The position numbers and the translations under genes are program-made. From positions 1-59,889 of the IMG/VR virus record IMGVR_UViG_3300010371_000040: a DNA stretch of 59,889 nucleotides; one strand, written 5' to 3'. The stretch is from a virus. Its lineage: Duplodnaviria; Caudoviricetes. The notes beneath the pieces are model-generated. The model did no database searches and was not told the origin of the DNA. It was given only the letters and a program-made list of their open reading frames with translations. Below, in pieces: positions 18,415-26,888 of this stretch. Position 1 is the first letter of the stretch. Every line of letters starts with the position of its first letter.

Positions 18415-20313
18415 ATGAGCGATTTCAACTGGGACGCCCTGCAGGAAGGCTTCTATGACTTCCTTTCTCACGTCCAAATTCTGAGTAAGGACGAGGGCCG
18501 CGTCCGCCTGCGCATGTACGACGCGCAGCGCTATTTCTTCGATGAGATTTTCGACGGCCTTCGCAACGACATCCACTGGTTCGTTTGCGGCAAGGGCAGG
18601 CAGCTCGGGATCACGACCGCATGCCTGATGTTCGACACCTTCTACGCCGGCGCCATGCCCGACGTGCAGGGCGGCATCGTGTTCGATACCACCGACAACA
18701 AGGAGAAGTTCCGCAAGCTGCTCGACGAGATGATGATGTCTCTGCCGCCGAGCCACGCGCTGCCGATCCGCAAAGGGGGCAACAACCGCGCCGGCATCAC
18801 GTTCGAAAACGGCAACATGCTGGACTACCTCGTCGCCGGCATCAAACGCGGAACCGGCACGCTCGGCAACTCCCGTGCGCTCAATTTCAGCCACGCGAGC
18901 GAATGCGCCTACTACGGCGACAGCGAGGCGGTGCAGGCATACAAGAACGTGCTGTCGGACGTGTTCCCGACCAGGCTGTACATCTTCGAGTCGACGGCCA
19001 AGGGGTACAACCTGTTCTACGACCTGTGGGAAGAGGCGGTCGCCGACGAGGTTGCCAAGAAGGCGATATTCATCGGCTGGTGGCGCAAGCGGACCTATAG
19101 CCACGCCAAGGGCACGCCGCTATTCCAGCGCTATGGGTGGCCGAAACTATCCGACGACGAGCGCGAGCGGTCCAAGATCGTTGATGACCTTTACGGGGCG
19201 AAGATCACGATTGAGCAATGGGCGTGGTATCGCCATCGCGCCGATCCGGCCGGACGCGCGAACGAGGAAGAGAACCAGTCCGAGCAGCGCGAGATGGTCG
19301 CGCAGGAGCATCCGACCCATCCCGAGGAGATGTTCCGCGAATCGGGCAACCCCTTCATCCCGTCGCAATATCTCGACCCGGCGATGAAGATCGCGCAAAA
19401 GGCGATGTTCAAGGGATACCGCTATCACCTCGGCGACGACATCTCGACCATGCGGCTGGAAAAGACGAAGTTCGTCAACCAGACGCAGATGCGCGTGTGG
19501 CAGGAGCCGTCGCCCACAGGCGTCTATATCGTCGCCGCCGATACCGCGTTCGGCATATCCGACGACGGCGATGCGCAATGCGCCCAGGTCGTGCGCTGCT
19601 ACGCCGACAAGATGGTGCAGGTCGCCGAGTTCTGCGACCGCAGCGTGCAGCCGTTCCAATTCGCGTGGATTCTGCTGCACCTATGCGGCTGGTACGGCGA
19701 CTGCCGGTTTATCCTTGAGCTCAACGGCGCCGGCGAGGCGGTGTGGACCGAACTCAAGAACCTGAAGCAGCGGGTCGAGAACGGCTCGCTCTATCCACCG
19801 CGGCCTTTCCCCGGCGACGACCCGAACGACGAGGACACCGCCGAAGCGCGCAACACCTATGCCCGGGTGCGGCAGTACCTGTTCCGGCGATCGGACAGCC
19901 TGGGCGGCGGCATGAACTGGCAGATGAGGACCAGCCTCGAGACCAAGTTCAATTTCATGACGCAGTTCGCCGACCGCTTCATGCTCGGCCAGTTCGATAT
20001 TTTCTCGGTGCCGGCGCTGAAGGAAATGCAGACGCTGAACAAGGACGGCCGCATGATCCACGCGGCCGGCAAGGGCAAGGACGACCGCCCGGTTACGCTC
20101 GGGCTGGCGACGCGGGCCTATATCGACGATATTCGCGCGCAGCTTGTCGGCAAGAACATGACGTTCGAGGCCGAGGAACTGAAGGCCCGCGAGGGCGGCG
20201 AGACGTTGCACGGGCGGTTTCTGAGTTCGATCATGGAGCGACAATTCGCGCTGAAGGCGGCGGACAGGCGGGCGGTGACGCGGCGCAAGCAGGGCAAGAA
20301 TTGGTCATGGTGA
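18415..20313 (+). CDS. terL: terminase large subunit
   Basis: Walker A KGRQLGITT, Walker B HASE, ESTAKG coupling motif, nuclease acidic residues (AADTAFG, ELNG, KDDR). Confidence 0.92.
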   Translation: MSDFNWDALQEGFYDFLSHVQILSKDEGRVRLRMYDAQRYFFDEIFDGLRNDIHWFVCGKGRQLGITTACLMFDTFYAGAMPDVQGGIVFDTTDNKEKFRKLLDEMMMSLPPSHALPIRKGGNNRAGITFENGNMLDYLVAGIKRGTGTLGNSRALNFSHASECAYYGDSEAVQAYKNVLSDVFPTRLYIFESTAKGYNLFYDLWEEAVADEVAKKAIFIGWWRKRTYSHAKGTPLFQRYGWPKLSDDERERSKIVDDLYGAKITIEQWAWYRHRADPAGRANEEENQSEQREMVAQEHPTHPEEMFRESGNPFIPSQYLDPAMKIAQKAMFKGYRYHLGDDISTMRLEKTKFVNQTQMRVWQEPSPTGVYIVAADTAFGISDDGDAQCAQVVRCYADKMVQVAEFCDRSVQPFQFAWILLHLCGWYGDCRFILELNGAGEAVWTELKNLKQRVENGSLYPPRPFPGDDPNDEDTAEARNTYARVRQYLFRRSDSLGGGMNWQMRTSLETKFNFMTQFADRFMLGQFDIFSVPALKEMQTLNKDGRMIHAAGKGKDDRPVTLGLATRAYIDDIRAQLVGKNMTFEAEELKAREGGETLHGRFLSSIMERQFALKAADRRAVTRRKQGKNWSW

Positions 20314-20525
20314 GAATGTCTAAGGGCCGCCTTCGTGCCGACGAATTGGTCAAGCTGGCGCTGAGCGAAGGGCACAAGCTTCCGTTGACGCCAGTGCTTG
20401 ATTTTCAACGGGTCGCCATGGCAACGCTGGTCCGCTTCGAAAGCGGCATATTCAGCATCCACGACAACGGGTGCGTGTTCGAGATGGCAGACGAGTATCC
20501 GAGCAGGCCGATACGCAAGGTGTAA
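20307..20525 (+). CDS. hypothetical protein
   Basis: ATG overlapping terL end. Confidence 0.45.
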   Translation: MVRMSKGRLRADELVKLALSEGHKLPLTPVLDFQRVAMATLVRFESGIFSIHDNGCVFEMADEYPSRPIRKV

Positions 20526-20527
20526 TC

Positions 20528-21115
20528 ATGGGTTATTTGGTCCGGACATATGAATGCGACAACGGCGGCGAGGGCGAGCCTCACCAGTTCGAGATGATGA
20601 TCAAGTCGGACGAGCATCCGAGCTTCTGCCCGACGTGCGGCAACCCGATCGAGGACGTGAAGGTCATCCCGGGGACGAAGCATGTTGGCAAGTCGAACAT
20701 CAACAAGGCCGTCGACATGACCTATCGGGCGCTGGAGGAAAGCTCGGCCGTGCGCGCCGAAGCCGCCGGCAACCCGAACTTCAAGATCACGAACATGAAG
20801 GACAACCTTCGCGAAGGTGATGTCGCCGCGATGCCGATTCGCAACTCTGTGACCCAGTTCATGGACGAGGCTGGGAGCCAGGGCGCCAAATTCGGATGGG
20901 GCGGCGGTGCGGCGGCGGCCAGTTCGGCGCCGATCGCGCAGGTCAACCCGAATTTCAAGGCGCAGGCCGGTGCGGTGAAACCCGACGGCGTGCTCAACGG
21001 CATGACCGGGCCCGGCCACGTCGCGCTATCCGCCATCCAGGGCGACCGCGGACAGACACACATCGGCAAACGCGCGGAACAGGTTCACGCGGGCCGTCTC
21101 AACAAGGGAACATGA
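20528..21115 (+). CDS. zinc-ribbon (FmdB-like) protein
   Basis: TYEC...HQFE...CPTCG. Confidence 0.6.
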   Translation: MGYLVRTYECDNGGEGEPHQFEMMIKSDEHPSFCPTCGNPIEDVKVIPGTKHVGKSNINKAVDMTYRALEESSAVRAEAAGNPNFKITNMKDNLREGDVAAMPIRNSVTQFMDEAGSQGAKFGWGGGAAAASSAPIAQVNPNFKAQAGAVKPDGVLNGMTGPGHVALSAIQGDRGQTHIGKRAEQVHAGRLNKGT

Positions 21116-21116
21116 C

Positions 21117-21977
21117 ATGTCATACCTATGCATCTACCACGCGAATTGCGCCGATGGCTTCGCCGCCGCCTGGGTCGTTCACCGCGCTCTCGGCGATCAG
21201 GTCGAATTCCACGCCGCGACCTATGGCGACACGCCGCCCGAGGTCATCAACAAGCACGTACTGGTCGTCGATTTCTCGTACCCGCTCGAAGACCTGACCC
21301 GTATGCAGTCTCGGGCTAACAGCGTGATGGTGCTCGACCACCACAAGACTGCCGAGGCCGATCTGCGCGACATCGAGGCCGGATCGGCGTCGTTCCACAA
21401 TCACGATCACGTCGGTCTACGGGCGATCTTCAATCAGACGACTTCCGGCGCGGGCCTCGTATGGGATTGGTTCAACCCGGGCGATCCGAGGCCGCTGATC
21501 ATCGACTACGTCGAGGACCGCGACCTGTGGAAGTTCCAGAAGGACCACTCGCGCGAAATCAACTCCTTCATCTCCACCATCGAAGATGACTTCGGGGTCT
21601 GGGATACGGAGGCCGAATCGCTTGAAGACGATCTCGGCTTTGAGATGGCCCGAGGGATCGGTCACACACTCGAAAAGTGGAAGCGGGAGTACGTCGACGA
21701 TGCCGTCAGCGCGAGCAAACGCATCATGCGGATCGGCGGCCACGATGTTCCGTGCGCGAACGTGCCGTTCCGCATGGCTTCCGACGCGGGCAATCTTATG
21801 TGCAAGGGCAATCCGTTCGCGGCCACGTATTGCGACACGGAAAAGGGGCGCGTATTCAGCCTGCGCTCGACCGACGCCGGGCTCGATGTGTCCGTTGTCG
21901 CCAAGTCCTACGGCGGCGGCGGGCACCGGAATGCCAGCGGATTCAAGATGCCGATCGGCTGGGAAGGAGACCTGTAA
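21117..21977 (+). CDS. DHH/DHHA1 phosphoesterase
   Basis: YHANCADG, VDFS, LDHH, DRDLW, GGGGHRNASGF. Confidence 0.9.
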   Translation: MSYLCIYHANCADGFAAAWVVHRALGDQVEFHAATYGDTPPEVINKHVLVVDFSYPLEDLTRMQSRANSVMVLDHHKTAEADLRDIEAGSASFHNHDHVGLRAIFNQTTSGAGLVWDWFNPGDPRPLIIDYVEDRDLWKFQKDHSREINSFISTIEDDFGVWDTEAESLEDDLGFEMARGIGHTLEKWKREYVDDAVSASKRIMRIGGHDVPCANVPFRMASDAGNLMCKGNPFAATYCDTEKGRVFSLRSTDAGLDVSVVAKSYGGGGHRNASGFKMPIGWEGDL

Positions 21978-22330
21978 TGTCGGACCTCTACATCGTCACC
22001 GTCACGCTGACCACGAAGACGCAGCATCAGCTTTTCTTCGACACGCCGGGGAAGGCGCGCGATGCGTATGCCGCTCTGACGCACAACCAGACGCACCTGA
22101 ATGGACCGGCCGCCGTGCAGATCGAGGACGATTACGGCTGCAACATGAGCCTGCGCTGCATGGACATCGTCGCCGTCGAGGAACGCAACTGGACCCGTCA
22201 GCAGGAAAGCCAGGTCGAGGCGCAGCTGCATCAGGCGCGCGCGCAGGCCAGGGGTCAGCGCCGCGCGGCATCCGACCCTGAACTGAAATTCTTGGCATCC
22301 GCTCCGCAGCCGGGCATGTTGAGGGCATGA
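21977..22330 (+). CDS. hypothetical protein
   Basis: AAGGAG RBS, coupled start. Confidence 0.65.
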   Translation: MSDLYIVTVTLTTKTQHQLFFDTPGKARDAYAALTHNQTHLNGPAAVQIEDDYGCNMSLRCMDIVAVEERNWTRQQESQVEAQLHQARAQARGQRRAASDPELKFLASAPQPGMLRA

Positions 22331-22348
22331 AACCGCTCCGGTGCCGAC

Positions 22349-24046
22349 ATGCTGCTGCCATCCAGTGACCGCCTCGCCCGCTGGGCCAAGGAACGGGTGA
22401 TCGACCAGTGCCGCAGCAGCGTCGGCGATCGCATGCAGATGGCCCGGTCGATCAACACATGGCGATTCACCGGCAGCGATAGCGGGTCACAGGCGATCTA
22501 TAACCGCCTCGGAACCCACTGCGATAAGCTCTCGTCCGCGGTGTACTCGCCGGCCGACGTCCGCTACCAGATCGAGTACGAGTCCGACTATGGATCGATC
22601 TTCACGGACAGAGCCAAGGTCGCGGCCCGCTATCTGACGCGCGAGATCGCCCAGCGTAACCTCGACCTGTCGTTCCAGGAGGCCGTGGAGGAAGCCGTCC
22701 CGCTCGGTTGCGCGATCCTCAAGCACATCTGGACGCACCACGGCCCCGACGTCACCACGCTGATGCCGTGGCAGTTCGGTGTCTATAACGAGGCGGAAAC
22801 GGATCTCGATAAGCAGGAGGCGATGTGCGAGACGACCTACTTGCTGCCCGAGGAAGTCTGGCGCCGCATCAGCCACCGCTCGGACGCCAAGGAACTCTTC
22901 CGCCGGATCATGTCGCACTCCCGCCGTGCGTCTCAGGATGAGGTTCCGCCTGGCTTCATGCACCAGCTTCTGATGGCTGGCACCCCGCCGCTGATCCAGG
23001 ACCAAGGCGCGGCATCGAGCCCCGGCGGCATGATCTCGCTCACCGGCACGCCGGCGGTTGCGATGATGGCCGCCGAGATGCAGGACGGTCTCATCGAGGC
23101 GCACCAGGCGTGGGTGGTGAACGACGAGACCGGCGACTACACGACGATCCAGCTCATCGAGCCGGACATCCTGATCGCGCCGCGGCTGATCCGCTCGAAC
23201 CTGTTTTTCCCGCACGAGCACCCGTTCAATGTCGTGCGCGTCAATCCGCAGCGGAACTACTTCTGGGGCATGTCCGAGCTCTCGCAGTTGATCAAGCTCC
23301 AGGCGCTGCTGCGCGACCGCACCGAGGACGTGAAGAAGATCATGGGCCTCCAGTACGACCGTATCCGCGCGTTCATCGGCTTCTCGGGCATGAACGATGA
23401 GAAGTACGACCAGATGACCAACGAGGGGTGGCTGTCTGAGGAAAACCCCAACGCGAAGATCGACGACCTGACGCCACCGCTGCCCGAGAACGCATTCAAC
23501 GAGATCAAGATGATCATCGATTTCTTCGATGAGATCGCCGGGTTCGATAATGCGACGTCGGGCAAGGGCGAGCCGGGCATCCGGTCGGCGAACCACTTTC
23601 AGGGCGTGCTTCGGCAGGCATCCCCGCGTCTGCGCGACCGCGCAATCCGGGTCGAGCGCCAGTGCGCGGAGTTCGGCGAGAAGGTTTTGTGGCACTGCGC
23701 CGCGAAGGACGCCCGGGTTTTCTGGACGAAGACCGACGATCCGGAGAAAAAGACCGATTTCCTGCTGTCACAGCTTCCCGATGACGCTCGCGTGCTGGTC
23801 GACAGCCATTCCGCGAGCCCGATCTACGAGCAGGACCATGCGAATACGGCGGCGTTTTTGTTCAAAAGTGGCGCCATCGACAGCGAAGATTTGTTGAACC
23901 TTCTTCCGGTACCAAACAGAGATTTTCTCATCGAGAAACTTAAAAACAGGGAAATATCGAAGCGCCAGATGCTGGAGAGTCTTCCGCCCGAGCTACGCGC
24001 CCAAGTCATTACCGGAAAGACCGTCAGCCACGCCGGAAAGCATTGA
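22349..24046 (+). CDS. portal protein
   Basis: 565 aa, downstream of terL and upstream of scaffold/capsid; YFWGMSELSQLIKLQ motif like podovirus portals. Confidence 0.8.
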   Translation: MLLPSSDRLARWAKERVIDQCRSSVGDRMQMARSINTWRFTGSDSGSQAIYNRLGTHCDKLSSAVYSPADVRYQIEYESDYGSIFTDRAKVAARYLTREIAQRNLDLSFQEAVEEAVPLGCAILKHIWTHHGPDVTTLMPWQFGVYNEAETDLDKQEAMCETTYLLPEEVWRRISHRSDAKELFRRIMSHSRRASQDEVPPGFMHQLLMAGTPPLIQDQGAASSPGGMISLTGTPAVAMMAAEMQDGLIEAHQAWVVNDETGDYTTIQLIEPDILIAPRLIRSNLFFPHEHPFNVVRVNPQRNYFWGMSELSQLIKLQALLRDRTEDVKKIMGLQYDRIRAFIGFSGMNDEKYDQMTNEGWLSEENPNAKIDDLTPPLPENAFNEIKMIIDFFDEIAGFDNATSGKGEPGIRSANHFQGVLRQASPRLRDRAIRVERQCAEFGEKVLWHCAAKDARVFWTKTDDPEKKTDFLLSQLPDDARVLVDSHSASPIYEQDHANTAAFLFKSGAIDSEDLLNLLPVPNRDFLIEKLKNREISKRQMLESLPPELRAQVITGKTVSHAGKH

Positions 24047-24068
24047 GGGGAGGCTTTCGCCTCCCCTC
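24045..24068. terminator. hairpin between convergent portal gene and pentamer array
   Basis: GAGGGGAGGC-TTTC-GCCTCCCCTC, perfect 10-bp stem, GAAA loop on the minus strand. Confidence 0.8.
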
Positions 24069-24070
24069 CC

Positions 24071-24450
24071 CTGCCTGACCAGACCTCTGCTCACCGCGCC
24101 TCGCGATACCGCACCCCGGCGCAGCTTGCCAAGCCAAGCCAAACTCTAAATCTCTAAAATAATCCTCGCCGCACCTATCCATTGCACACCTCACCGAGGC
24201 CGTCCTTGCCCAGCACCGCCCTACAGGACCAAGCCGCGCCGAAACTGAAATTGATAAATAAATCCTCGCCAGACCACACCCGGCCACGGCTGACCAAACA
24301 CTGCACCGCCACACCCAATTCGACCTTGGACCGCCGGACCTAAGCCCGCCATTCCACGCGCAACCCTGCCGAAGCATTCCGCGCCTAGCCTTGCCTAACA
24401 CCGCACAACCTCGCCGGGCCATGGCTAGCCAATCCCAGCCGTGCCGGACC
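24071..24450 (-). ncRNA. putative guide-RNA array of GGY-NN pentamers (three blocks)
   Basis: Blocks 24450-24261 (38 units), 24240-24161 (16) and 24140-24071 (14), all in one 5-nt register; 42 of 68 units start GGC/GGT; two 20-nt AT-rich linkers each preceded by GGCGAGGATT. Confidence 0.8.
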
Positions 24451-24452
24451 CC

Positions 24453-25076
24453 TTATCCTGCCTCAATCGAAAAGTTGGAAATGCCGAAACGACCGTAAGT
24501 CGGCCGGAAATCGCCGACGCCGACCAGACGACCAGCGGACTCGATGGTCTCGCGCAGGTCGTTGGTCGAAATGTACTCAGGTAGGCCGCACATCAGTTGG
24601 ATTTCGGCGGCCCAACCCGCCCGCATCGCAGGACGCGTGCGCGTGATCGCCGACCGTTGAATGACGACCCGCCGCCGATCCTCGTAGTCCCAATCCGGGG
24701 TTCCGAGAGAGGCCAATTCGGTCAGGCTGACGATCCCGGCGTTGAATAAATCCATCGCCGACTTCCGGGGGCTGCGCGGGTCCTGACGGAACTTCGCCGC
24801 CATCACGATCGACCGCCGCAGGTATTCGCCGGGCAGGCAGAGCATCCCCGCCTCGTCGCGGTAGACGTAGCTTTCCAGATCGTCGCTCTTTTTGGCCGCG
24901 CTGTTCTTCGCCGCCTTCGCCTTGGTCTCGACGGCCTCCGAATTCCACCGATGGAACAGGATCGCCGCCGATCCCACGATTGTGACGCGCGCGATGTACG
25001 GCTCGCTGAGTGCGATGTCCGAGTTTCCGCCGGGCGAAACGCCGTCGATGACCTTCAATGCTGCTGACTTTGCCAC
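24453..25076 (-). CDS. solitary Cas7/RAMP-like protein
   Basis: N-terminal beta strand (ARVTIVGSAAILFH), LPGEYLRRSI, C-terminal glycine loop AGRLVGVGDFRPTYGRF; GTG start behind AAGGAG. Confidence 0.75.
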   Translation of the reverse strand: MAKSAALKVIDGVSPGGNSDIALSEPYIARVTIVGSAAILFHRWNSEAVETKAKAAKNSAAKKSDDLESYVYRDEAGMLCLPGEYLRRSIVMAAKFRQDPRSPRKSAMDLFNAGIVSLTELASLGTPDWDYEDRRRVVIQRSAITRTRPAMRAGWAAEIQLMCGLPEYISTNDLRETIESAGRLVGVGDFRPTYGRFGISNFSIEAG

Positions 25077-25160
25077 TTGCAATCTCCTTGCCTAAAAACG
25101 CCATATGTCGTATGGCTCGCGCATTGCTATTAGCACTACGTATTGCAGGGAGCAAGCATT

Positions 25161-25316
25161 ATGTCCGAGAAAGTCGCGGTAACCTTCCGCATCGAGAAAA
25201 AGCTGAGAGACCAGCTTGAGAAAATCGCACATTTCGAGCGCCGGACGATGACCGGCGTCATTGAAGCGATGATCGATGATCGGTGGAAGCAGACGCCGGA
25301 CGGGAAGGCCGACTAA
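25161..25316 (+). CDS. ribbon-helix-helix (Arc/CopG-like) regulator
   Basis: Not in the ORF track; MSEKVAVTFRIEKKLRDQLEKIAHFERRTMTGVIEAMI..., GGGAG RBS, divergent from the RAMP gene. Confidence 0.75.
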   Translation: MSEKVAVTFRIEKKLRDQLEKIAHFERRTMTGVIEAMIDDRWKQTPDGKAD

Positions 25317-25591
25317 AACTGCGGCTTGTTCGTCTGCTCGAACGGCACTCGCTTCCGCACCAACGCATGCAGCGCACTCCCGATGCTCTCGGCACCCATG
25401 ATCTGCGCCGCCGTATCAGCATCGATGCCAGGATAGAAACCCTTGTTTCCCGCCGGGTTCTTGACCGTCGGCGCGAAGTGAACGTGAAGCTGTTGCGCCT
25501 GTGCGTCGTACCCGATTTTCAGGATGTGGCTTGATAGCACTTCCTGCATCTCGACGGGCGGCGGGGCGGGTTGCTGATTTTCTTCGTCCAT
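25313..25591 (-). CDS. KTSC domain protein
   Basis: VLSSHILKIGYD...LHVHF...FYPGI...AESIGS..HALVR. Confidence 0.8.
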   Translation of the reverse strand: MDEENQQPAPPPVEMQEVLSSHILKIGYDAQAQQLHVHFAPTVKNPAGNKGFYPGIDADTAAQIMGAESIGSALHALVRKRVPFEQTNKPQF

Positions 25592-25593
25592 CT

Positions 25594-25851
25594 CTAGCCT
25601 CTAAAGTCTCCGAGTTCGGAAATCATCCGTTCTATTTCTGGATCGACCGACAACATCGAAAGGCACTCAACTGGCGGCTGCATCTCTAGCCGCCGCCCAA
25701 TTTCATATGCGAAATTATCGGACGCTTTTTCGAATTCAGACCACACACCGGCCCGAACATCGAGACGCCCAGATGCGATAGTCGGATACATCTCTTCCAA
25801 GAGTTTCAGCTTGCCGGGTGTGAGCATGTTACCCGTGCCGACACCCCTCAA
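25594..25851 (-). CDS. hypothetical protein
   Basis: ORF between the HTH and KTSC genes. Confidence 0.45.
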   Translation of the reverse strand: MRGVGTGNMLTPGKLKLLEEMYPTIASGRLDVRAGVWSEFEKASDNFAYEIGRRLEMQPPVECLSMLSVDPEIERMISELGDFRG

Positions 25852-26011
25852 GGTACTTGTTCACGTCTTCCGGCATGAAGTGATATCGGCCCTGAACCTT
25901 GTAGTACGGCGGGCCGTATCCGTTGCGCATCCAGGACCGGAGAACCTGCAGGCTGACCCCGAGAATCGATGCCGTGTCCTTCGGTTTCAGGCTTTTGGAC
26001 ATATCGACCAT
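25829..26011 (-). CDS. excisionase/AlpA-like HTH protein
   Basis: LKPKDTASILGVSLQVLRSW..GYGPPYYK..GRYHF..DV. Confidence 0.8.
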   Translation of the reverse strand: MVDMSKSLKPKDTASILGVSLQVLRSWMRNGYGPPYYKVQGRYHFMPEDVNKYLEGCRHG

Positions 26012-26213
26012 TTCGAAACCCTTCCGAGCGCTGACCGTCACTAATGCGAGCAAATATCACCTTTCGCGCGCTTGAACAATTAGATGCTCGCCGGATAGTT
26101 GCCCGAGAAATCAGCGGTCTCTCTGGGCTTTCGCCTCCGGCGCTACGTCGGGCGAGGTATCGAGGAACCCTCCGAGCGCCGTTGATGGCAACGCCAACCC
26201 AAGGAGAGAAGGA

Positions 26214-26255
26214 ATGAAGCGTCGTCGCCATTCCGGCCGTAAGGGCCGCCGGTAA
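26214..26255 (+). CDS. 13-aa protamine-like peptide
   Basis: MKRRRHSGRKGRR behind AAGGAGAGAAGGA; heads the capsid operon. Confidence 0.55.
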   Translation: MKRRRHSGRKGRR

Positions 26256-26260
26256 TCCGG

Positions 26261-26701
26261 GTGCCTCCGCTTCCGCCACAACTCGCAGCCGCCTTGGCCG
26301 GGAAATCCCCGGCCGCAGGTGCAGGCTCGGCACCGGGTCAACCTCCCTTTGGTTCCTCCCCGATGACGGCGCCCACACCGAACCGCGGCATGCAAGGCGA
26401 GGGCCTGTCCCTCGTGGCGGAAGCGAAGCGCATGCTCGAAAAGGCATTGTCGATGCCGGGCCTGGGTGCCGAAACCGACATAGGACAGGCGATCCTCAAG
26501 TCGCTCGAAGCCATCGGCAAGGTTTTGCCGGAAGGCACAGTCACTCCGGGAATGCGCGATGCCGGCATGCAGCAGTGGATGATGCAGGGCCGCCGCGAGA
26601 ACCCGATGGCCGCAATCATCGCGGCGCTTCAGGGCGGTGGTGGAGGCGGAACGCCCGCTGCCCCCGCGCCCGGTGGCGCCGAACTTCCCGCCGCCGCATA
26701 G
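26261..26701 (+). CDS. head-module protein
   Basis: Position; Pro/Ala/Gly-rich. Confidence 0.7.
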   Translation: MPPLPPQLAAALAGKSPAAGAGSAPGQPPFGSSPMTAPTPNRGMQGEGLSLVAEAKRMLEKALSMPGLGAETDIGQAILKSLEAIGKVLPEGTVTPGMRDAGMQQWMMQGRRENPMAAIIAALQGGGGGGTPAAPAPGGAELPAAA

Positions 26702-26719
26702 CAGCAGAGGACTACACCA

Positions 26720-26887
26720 ATGGCTAAGGATATGTTCGGGTCGTTGCCCACCGGCATCCCGAAGAACAGCAACCAGGTCGAGCGAGTCGACCTGACCCAG
26801 GCGGACATGGGTGCCCGCGCTTCGCATATGCCGAAGCTGGAGAAGAACCCCAAGAACGCCGTCAAGCACGTGACGCAGGGGCGGTAA
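26720..26887 (+). CDS. small head-module protein
   Basis: GAGG RBS; MAKDMFGSLPTGIPKNSNQ... Confidence 0.6.
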   Translation: MAKDMFGSLPTGIPKNSNQVERVDLTQADMGARASHMPKLEKNPKNAVKHVTQGR

Positions 26888-26888
26888 C

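Noticed and set aside
24024-24422. 132-aa minus-strand ORF over the pentamer array
   Set aside because: Its R/G/A/C/W-rich composition is a by-product of 5-nt periodicity, which does not fit codon structure; no RBS; it runs through the terminator
24071-24450. Canonical CRISPR array
   Set aside because: No 25-45 bp direct repeats with unique spacers; no cas1, cas2 or cas6
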